Shown piece after piece: positions 57,650 to 64,000 of a stretch of DNA of 64,000 nucleotides. Every line of letters begins with the position of its first letter. Positions within the stretch are counted from its first letter, which is position 1. The position numbers were made by a program, and so were the translations under genes. Source of the stretch: Ostreococcus lucimarinus. Its lineage: Eukaryota. The stretch is from NCBI GenBank assembly GCA_000092065.1, contig CP000584.1; one strand, 5' to 3'. Below the pieces are notes generated by a model, which saw nothing but the letters and a program-made list of their open reading frames with translations, had not been told where the DNA came from and searched no databases.

Positions 57650-59341
57650 TTAAAGCTGCGCGTTTTCGTCGTCTCCGATCGCTGCGGAGTCGACGTCGCC
57701 TTGTTCCACGAGACGCGCGAAGCCGACGTCTCGCGCGCCGGCGCGACCGGCGCCGCCCATGTTTTGTCGAGCCGCACCCGCCAATGATTCCTCTATCACG
57801 ATCCCTTGAGTCTCGGGTAATGTAAGCGTTGTTAAGCACGCTGATGCGGCGACGAGACCGAGAACGACGGGAGGAATCGCCGCACTGATAGTTTGCGCGA
57901 GAATAATCCCAGGCGCGATGATACCGCCGACGCGAGCGGCGAGCGAACACGTTCCCAGGCAAGCCGATCGTACGATGGTGGGAAACAACTCAGTGGTGTA
58001 CAAGTAAATCATGTTGAACGATCCAGCGATTCCGAACCGCCCAATCATCGACACGAAAACCTGAGACGAACCGCTAAACATCGAGCTCGAGAAAACACCC
58101 ACGGCGGCGGTCCCCATAAGCACGAGCAGCGTCATTCTTCGTCCGAGTCTGTCGACGTATATTTGCGCAAAAACGTGCGAAGGAAACTCAACGATGCCAC
58201 TGATGAACGTGTTCATGTATACCGACCCACTCAAAGCATCAACGTTGAGTGATAACCCGTAATACACCATACTCGTGACGCAGAAAATGTACGCCATGGC
58301 GACGAGTCGCTGTCGCAACACCGGATACGGGAGCACCGCGGTGACGTTCAAACCTTTCACCACGCGAGTTTGCTTCAGCGGCGGCAGTCGACCAGTAAAT
58401 TTCGGGTTCCCTCTTGCGAGGTGAGTCATCACTTCGTGTGCCTTGTCAGCCTTCCCAGTTGCCAAATACCAACGAGGAGACTCCCACAGAAATTTGGACG
58501 ATAGCGCGACGTACGCCAATCCGCTGAGTCCACAAAATGTGGAAAAATTCCTCCACTTTGGCATCGTATACGCCACCGGGGCCATCAGCGCGATCCCTCC
58601 GGACCAAAAGTATTGCGTTGAGATCCCAAGGACGGCTCGCCACTTTATTCCGAGCACCTCAGTGCACAGGACGTAGCTCGCCACGCCGAGCCCGCCGCAA
58701 CCGAATCCACGCAGCATCGTGCACCAAAAGTACGTCCAGTAACCACCCGCCATCGCCCCGAGCATAGCGCCCGCGCTCGCCAACGCGGTGGAGACGTATA
58801 GGCCGAATATGCGCCCTTTGCTATCGGCGATCTGGCCCAAAATTCCAGCCCCCATCAAGAAACCGACAAAGAAAATAGAATTCGCGAGTTGCACCTTGTA
58901 CTCGTGCGCGCACACCAAGTCCCACTCCGATACGATTGAACTCTTCGCGTCTACCCACGTCCAGAGCTCTCTGTCCATGGCGCATATATTTAATAATTTT
59001 CCACTGTCCCCGTCCAAGCATCCGTTCTCCGTCGCGCACTTCCAATCAACCTCGCGCGCCGTGAACACCGACGTCAGCGTGAGAAACGCCGCCGGGAGCC
59101 ACGCGACGGAGCTCAGCGCGAACTGCGCGAGCTGCGTGTGATTCGCCTGTCCGATGCGTTCGTCGAACAATTCATCAATCGTGCGTTCGTTTCCCTCGTC
59201 ACCGCAACCACCGTCGTCGTCGTTCGCGAGCGTCGTCCCCGCGCCCTCGTCGTCGCGTCCTCGTCGTCGCTCCGCCGCGTCCGCGTCCCACGTCGCCGCG
59301 ACGTCGAGCTCGACGTCGACGTCGTCGACGCTCGCGCGCAT
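57650..59341 (-). CDS. MFS transporter of the SLC22 organic cation transporter type (large loop between TM1 and TM2)
   Basis: There are 12 predicted helices. MFS signatures are GILGQIADSKGR, LRGFGCGGLGVASYVLCTEVLG, ESPRWYLATGKADKA (OCT-like) and GRFGIAGSFNMIYLYTTELFPTIVRSACLG. The first ATG in ORF 57650..59686 is at 59341. Confidence 0.8.
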   Translation of the reverse strand: MRASVDDVDVELDVAATWDADAAERRRGRDDEGAGTTLANDDDGGCGDEGNERTIDELFDERIGQANHTQLAQFALSSVAWLPAAFLTLTSVFTAREVDWKCATENGCLDGDSGKLLNICAMDRELWTWVDAKSSIVSEWDLVCAHEYKVQLANSIFFVGFLMGAGILGQIADSKGRIFGLYVSTALASAGAMLGAMAGGYWTYFWCTMLRGFGCGGLGVASYVLCTEVLGIKWRAVLGISTQYFWSGGIALMAPVAYTMPKWRNFSTFCGLSGLAYVALSSKFLWESPRWYLATGKADKAHEVMTHLARGNPKFTGRLPPLKQTRVVKGLNVTAVLPYPVLRQRLVAMAYIFCVTSMVYYGLSLNVDALSGSVYMNTFISGIVEFPSHVFAQIYVDRLGRRMTLLVLMGTAAVGVFSSSMFSGSSQVFVSMIGRFGIAGSFNMIYLYTTELFPTIVRSACLGTCSLAARVGGIIAPGIILAQTISAAIPPVVLGLVAASACLTTLTLPETQGIVIEESLAGAARQNMGGAGRAGARDVGFARLVEQGDVDSAAIGDDENAQL

Positions 59342-59452
59342 CGTCGTCGTCGTCGTCGTCGTTCGCGTTATCGAGACGACGCGCGAATCGGGTCCCGGCA
59401 CGGCGACGCGACGCGTCGCGCGTTGACGCGCGCCGAGAAGATTTGATTGATG

Positions 59453-59479
59453 GATTTCGATTTCGATTTCGATTTCGAT
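59453..59479. repeat. (GATTTC)n hexamer microsatellite (4-5 units) in the MFS/MnSOD divergent promoter region
   Basis: ggatttcgatttcgatttcgatttcgatg, lying between ATG 59341 (minus) and ATG 59598 (plus). Confidence 0.85.
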
Positions 59480-59597
59480 GTCCGCCGTAACCGTCGCGAC
59501 CGCTGTGGGGGTAAAAGTAAAAAAGCGCGCGACGGCCCGATGACGCGACTTTTTACCGCACTCGACGACGGACGACGGACGACGACGGACGACGACG

Positions 59598-60364
59598 ATG
59601 TTGAGTCGAGCGGTGACGACGAGCGCGCGACGATGCCGCGCGTTGGCGTCGTCGCGCGCACCGACGCGCGCGTTCGTGAGCGCCAAGCTTCCCGATTTGG
59701 ACTACGACTTCAGCGCGCTCGAGCCGGTGATTTGCGCAGAGATCATGGAGATTCATCACCAAAAGCACCACAATACCTACGTCACGAACTTTAACATCGC
59801 GCAAGAGAAGTACGCGGAAGCGGAAGCGAAGGGTGATTACGCGGGGATGATCGCGATGCAGCCGGCGATCAAATTCAACGGCGGCGGACACGTGAACCAC
59901 GCGCTGTTCTGGAAGTGCCTGACGCCGCCGAAGGACTACGCGCTTCCCGAGGGCGAACTGCTGAAGATGATCGAGCGCGACTTTGGATCGTTAAACGCGA
60001 TGCAAGATAAATTTACGGCAGCCACAGTGGCCGTGCAAGGCTCTGGTTGGGGCTGGTTGGGCTACGACAAGGCGAACAAGAAGCTCGCCGTGACGACGAC
60101 GGCAAACCAAGACGTCTGCTTGAGCACGGGACTGACCCCGATCCTCGGTGTCGATACCTGGGAGCACGCTTACTATTTACAGTACAAGAATCTTCGCCCG
60201 GATTACGTCAAAAACCTGTGGAAGATCATCAACTGGAAGGTATGGGACATCGGCGAATCGAGGCGAACACACCAGGGCGCCGCGAAGCCGTAGACTGACG
60301 AAATCGCGACAACTTTTCTCATCCCTCGCAGAATGTCGGTGAAAACCTTAAGAGCGCAATGTAA
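59598..60364 (+). CDS. SOD2: Mn superoxide dismutase with mitochondrial presequence; proposed 2 exons join(59598..60239,60332..60364)
   Basis: KLPDLDYDFSALEPVICAEIMEIHHQKHHNTYV ... GGGHVNHALFW ... DTWEHAYYLQYKNLRPDYVKNLWKIINWK. The unspliced frame continues into a non-conserved tail, but AAG|GTATGG at 60240 and ctcgcag| at 60331 give a terminal exon NVGENLKSAM* typical of MnSOD C-termini. Confidence 0.8.
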
Positions 60365-60497
60365 ACAAACTTAACAAAACATTTCCTCATAAATTACTCT
60401 TCTTTCATTATTATTGGCTTGCTTGTGCATCAATCAGGCTACGAGATACAGAGCGCGCTGATAAAATCTGTGTTGCTATGCTATGCGCGCCTCGACC

Positions 60498-60998
60498 TCA
60501 GTCCATGCGTTGCTCTTCCTCATCCGTGCTGACGTCCTCGGCAGCTTCTTCATCGATTTCTTCCAACTCGATGTCTTGTTCGCCCTCGGCTTCCATGATC
60601 ACCTTCACGCACTCTTCCCGCTCGTTGTGCATCGCTTCGTCCAGCGGCGTTCTGCCGGCTTGATTGCAAACGCTCGCGCTCCCTCCTTTGTCCAGGAGCA
60701 GTTGCACGATATTGGCGTGACCGTTCAGACACGCCCAGTGCATGGCCGTGCTACCCTGATCGTTCGTCTTGTTCACGTCCGCGCCGTACTCGAGAAAGAG
60801 CGATACAATTTCCACATGCCCATTCGCGGCGGCGAACAAAAGTCCGTCGTACGCGTCCGCGAGCGCGCCTTGGTCCAAGTACGCCCGACACTCGTCGAAC
60901 TCACCGTAACGCGCCGCATCGGCCAACGCCTCGCTCAATTCTTCCGCCGTCGACATCGGAAACGCGCGCGCCGGCGAATGCGAAAGCGCAGTTTCCAT
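60498..60998 (-). CDS. Small ankyrin-repeat protein with acidic C-terminal tail
   Basis: DGLLFAAANGHVEIVSLFLEYGADVNKTNDQGSTAMHWACLNGHANIVQLLLDKGGSASVCNQAGRTPLDEAM, then EEIDEEAAEDVSTDEEEQ. The first ATG in ORF 60498..61133 is at 60998. Confidence 0.65.
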   Translation of the reverse strand: METALSHSPARAFPMSTAEELSEALADAARYGEFDECRAYLDQGALADAYDGLLFAAANGHVEIVSLFLEYGADVNKTNDQGSTAMHWACLNGHANIVQLLLDKGGSASVCNQAGRTPLDEAMHNEREECVKVIMEAEGEQDIELEEIDEEAAEDVSTDEEEQRMD

Positions 60999-61111
60999 CG
61001 CCGCCGACGCGAACTCCCGTGTGGCGCCAATCTCGCAGGTCTTCGCAGAGTCGTTATTCACCAGCGTCCACGATGAGCGCCTCGGCGCGCGTCGGGCGAT
61101 CGACGCGCGCG

Positions 61112-63333
61112 ATGGAGACGAAATCAAAGCCAAACTTCATCGTCGGCTTCGCGTATTTACTCGGTGCGTCACGACGACGACGGCTGCGAGAACCGTCGCG
61201 CGCGATGCGCGTCAAACGACACCAACGACATCGTACGCGCTCGACGCGACTCGCGTCGCGACTCGACTGACGACGAGGTTTTCATCGCGAAGCGACGCAA
61301 CTCACGTCGAAACTTTTACCGTTCTTCATCAACACCCTGGTGGCCCGCCGACTCACGCCGGAGGAGTTCGGCGTTCCAACCGTGCACTTTTATCTGCTGT
61401 CCACGGCGATTCTCACCACCCGCGAAGGCTTTCGTCGAGCACTGATGAGAGATTCCGTGAAGGACGCCTCGCTCGGGTACGCCTGGCTCGTACTTCCGAT
61501 CGGTGGCTTTCTTTCCATCGTCATTCCTCTGGGCGTGATTTGGTCGCAAAACATATCCACCCGCGAACCGTACGGCTTGGCGCTACTCTACTACGGCGCC
61601 GCAGCGTTCATCGAACTGTGCGCGGAGCCATATTACATTCGAGCGATGCGAATGTCGGCGTTCAAGCTGAGACTATTCGCAGAAACCACGTCCACGGTCC
61701 TTAGAAGTGTCTTGACGTACGCGCTGGTTTCAGCGAACCAAAACAACGTCGTCATGGCGTTTGCGTACTCGCAGGTGAGAGTTAATTTTATTTCACGCGG
61801 GAATTAAATCACACCGCATCGTACCGCGACTGACGAGAATTTCGTGGTGCAGTTGCTGTACGCCATATCAATGGCGGTGATATACGTATGTGCTACGACG
61901 AAAGCGCCGGAGAAGTCGATGTTGAGAGATGGTGCAACAGTGCAATTAATTGGTATTTTTTCTCTTCAGGTGAGTGATTTCTCGTGCACAAAACGCGTCT
62001 CGACTCACGATCACACATACGCAGGCTGTGTGGAAGCTCGTTTTGGCGGAAGGAGAAAAGGCTGCTCTTATAGCCGTCGCCGCTGCGGATGAAGTCGGCG
62101 TCTACGGCCTCGTGGCTTCCCTCGGGTGAGTTGGAACTATTTCGATAATTAATTAATTGTCGACTAAATATTTTGAAACAGCGCGGCATTCGCACGATTG
62201 GTGCTACAACCTTTTGAAGAGGCGGCGTTTGTTATTTTCACGCGCAGTGTCTCTTCGAAGTCGCAATCATCGAAGGAAAAGGAAGTCTTCAATGCATTAT
62301 TACGCGTAGCAATTATTTTCGGGAGCACGGCGGTGAGTGTGTGATCTTACGCGAGCCTGTCGTCTTTGAACGAGCGGAACTGACTCACTTACGCTAACAG
62401 GCATTCATGGGACCTCATTTCTCGTGGTTAGCGCTGAGGTGAGTCGCTTTGGCGTCAGCTTTTGAGGTGTTGTATTTAATTATTTCGGTTCGTCGACAGA
62501 ATTTTATATGGTGAACGGTGGGCAAACCAGCATTTCGCGTCTGAAACGCTCGGTTTCTACGCCATTTTGATTCTACCACTTGCGGTAAGTATTGCGTCGC
62601 GCGTGCTACGGTGGCAATTGGTTTCTCAACGCGCATGCGTGGGAATTAATTATTTATGCGTTCTCGTGGGCGTGAATTATTTCATTAACTCTGACTTGTC
62701 GCTGCTTCGCAGGTGAACGGTATCACGGAGGCTTTCGCCCACGCGGTGATGGTAAGTGATCATTTATAGCATTTCATTGCGTTTGACTGATTTACGACCG
62801 TTACACAGTCCTCGTCCGAATTAAGCTCGTCTAATATTTGGCTTCTCGTGTGTTCTTTCGTCAATGTGGTACGTGCTCACTCTTTGCTACGGCTAGCCAT
62901 CCGACTAATTTGATGAATTAGGGCGGTACTTTGATGCTTCAGCGTAGACTTGGGCCAGTTGCCTTGCTCGTGGCGAACGCTTTGAGCATGATCGTCCGAA
63001 TCACGTTCACGAGCTCGTATATACGCAAGCGCTTTGCGAGCCAAAAGGCAAATGCACGCTTGAAGTTCCTCTCAAAAACATATCTTTCGGTACGTATGAT
63101 GCGGCGCGAACCACTCAATCTATAACACTGAACCACTTTACGCGCAGGCCTTGGTCATTTTCTCGATCGTTGCCAGGCTCTCGGACCAGGCGTTACGTCG
63201 TGACCCGAGCGCCCTCGGTTTACTAGCGCACACTGGGTGCGGGGCGATAATACTCGCCATTCTCCTCGTCACGCTCTACTTTTACGAGCGCGATGCGTTC
63301 TTGTACTTATCGAGACATGATAAAAGCGATTAG
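61112..63333 (+). CDS. RFT1: RFT1 (oligosaccharide-lipid flippase homolog), 11 exons: join(61112..61163,61278..61774,61853..61969,62025..62125,62182..62332,62401..62438,62500..62584,62713..62751,62809..62868,62922..63089,63148..63333)
   Basis: Exon 2 QLTSKLLPFFINTLVARRLTPEEFGVPTVHFYLLSTAILTTREGFRRALMRD matches the RFT1 N-terminal TM1 region. Later exons give ...AEGEKAALIAV..DEVGVYGLVASLG|AAFARLVLQPFEEAAFVIF.... All introns are GT..AG (donors GTGAGA, GTGAGT, GTAAGT, GTACGT) and 53-128 nt long. The total CDS is 1494 nt (497 aa). Exon 1 and the exon 10 acceptor are the least certain. Confidence 0.7.
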
Positions 63334-63600
63334 CGCCTTCTCATGTCTTCAAACGTAGCGCATTGTGAAATTCATCGTTTTCACACTGCACGAGCCTTGA
63401 ACGATTTCTGACGAAGCCCCAGCCCAGCGCATCTCTGTCTGACCTAGATCACTGCTTCGCCGCAGTCTGTGACGCTACGCCGCCGGCGAAGACGCGCGTG
63501 AGCGCGTATTTGGTTTAATACGTACACGTAGACGCAAAGCGCAACGCTTTCGCGCCTCTTAGTGCAACCCACGCGCGGCGATCGACTTGAGAACGACGCC

Positions 63601-63915
63601 ATGAACTTTGCCCGTCGTGCCGTTTGCACGGCTGTACGAGGTGCGCAGCGCACGTCGGTGCGCTCTTACGGTGCGGGTCCACCGGGAGGATACTTCGCGG
63701 AGGGTACGCAAACGGGCCGGAACGGTTACCTGTTCGGCGAAACTCCGCCGGCACCGGGCAAGCGGAGAGTTTGGGAAGACTGGGAGGCGCCGTGGTACGG
63801 TGCACTCACCCTCGCCACCGCCATTCTCTGCGTTGGTCTCCAAGCCAAGCCTGACACGAGGATGACGTCTTGGGCTAGGGAGGAAGCCGCGCGCCGGTTG
63901 GAAGCGGAAAAGTAG
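63601..63915 (+). CDS. NDUFB11: Complex I subunit NDUFB11/ESSS with mitochondrial presequence
   Basis: MNFARRAVCTAVRGAQRTSVRSYG...GYLFGETPPAPGKRRVWEDWEAPWYGALTLATAILCVGL...KPDTRMTSWAREEAARRLEAEK. The ESSS signature is YLFGE-PP...WE.WE and a single TM, with a C-terminal RM..W.R.EAxR. Confidence 0.7.
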   Translation: MNFARRAVCTAVRGAQRTSVRSYGAGPPGGYFAEGTQTGRNGYLFGETPPAPGKRRVWEDWEAPWYGALTLATAILCVGLQAKPDTRMTSWAREEAARRLEAEK

Positions 63916-64000
63916 AGTCGCTTTCGCGCGCAAAACTTAGTCGAGTAGCCAAGCGTTCGGCATTGACAACCCAACGCGTTGTAAATTGTTTTGTAGAGCT

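Noticed and set aside
1-64000. Searched for tRNA, rRNA, CRISPR, transposon ends or other in-frame-UGA selenoprotein candidates
   Set aside because: I saw no cloverleaf-compatible 70-90-nt elements, no long inverted or direct terminal repeats, no reverse-transcriptase or transposase-like ORFs, and no second pair of same-frame ORFs separated only by TGA with conserved flanks. Without covariance tools small RNAs could be missed.

Overview
This window looks like GC-rich (about 65%), very gene-dense eukaryotic nuclear DNA. Its mix of plastid-type HisIE and TadA, a short plant-type STN1, a plant-like RPL32, LOG, PIG-N and a selenoprotein M fits a Mamiellophyceae picoalga such as Micromonas, but the taxon is inferred only from sequence character and gene content. 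I count about 34 protein-coding genes, many arranged head-to-head with 30-300 bp between divergent start codons. Most genes are single-exon, but the six-frame ORF track fragments several spliced genes that I reassembled by eye:
- RPS3 (3 exons)
- RPL32 (2 exons)
- MnSOD (2 exons)
- CTR9 (2 exons)
- a coiled-coil gene (2 exons)
- an RFT1 flippase gene with 11 short exons.
The centrepiece is a single uninterrupted 13.1-kb exon on the minus strand (34541-47659) encoding a 4372-aa secreted/membrane giant protein. Its order of modules is:
- a signal peptide
- about 20-24 tandem IPT/TIG-like Ig repeats
- about 590 aa of ephrin-receptor/furin-like CxxCPxGxYC cysteine repeats
- a roughly 620-aa module of unknown type
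- a polytopic domain of about 11 helices
- a Ser/Asp-rich cytoplasmic tail with five WLxxAR amphipathic repeats.
This gene is clearly lower in GC than all its neighbours.
The second highlight is a selenoprotein M gene (56663-57084, minus) with an in-frame UGA (SCPG-U-KLNRLPEIKTFL) that the ORF track split in two, plus a candidate SECIS element of the CC-variant type in its 3' UTR.
Other identifiable genes are:
- HisIE, tRNA adenosine deaminase, an S1-domain acidic protein and an apyrase
- an FxFG nucleoporin, PIG-N, RED/IK, LOG, CNOT9/RCD1 and TMF-like golgin
- STN1, a PP2A-A-like HEAT protein, GrpE, SPRYD7 and a TPH-domain coiled-coil protein
- PRP31, an SLC22-like MFS transporter, two ankyrin-repeat proteins and NDUFB11/ESSS.
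Many long arginine-rich ORFs in the track are antisense artefacts of the GC composition. Everything here is read from sequence, and all coordinates derived by hand could be off by one base; family assignments rest on motifs I recognised, not on database searches.
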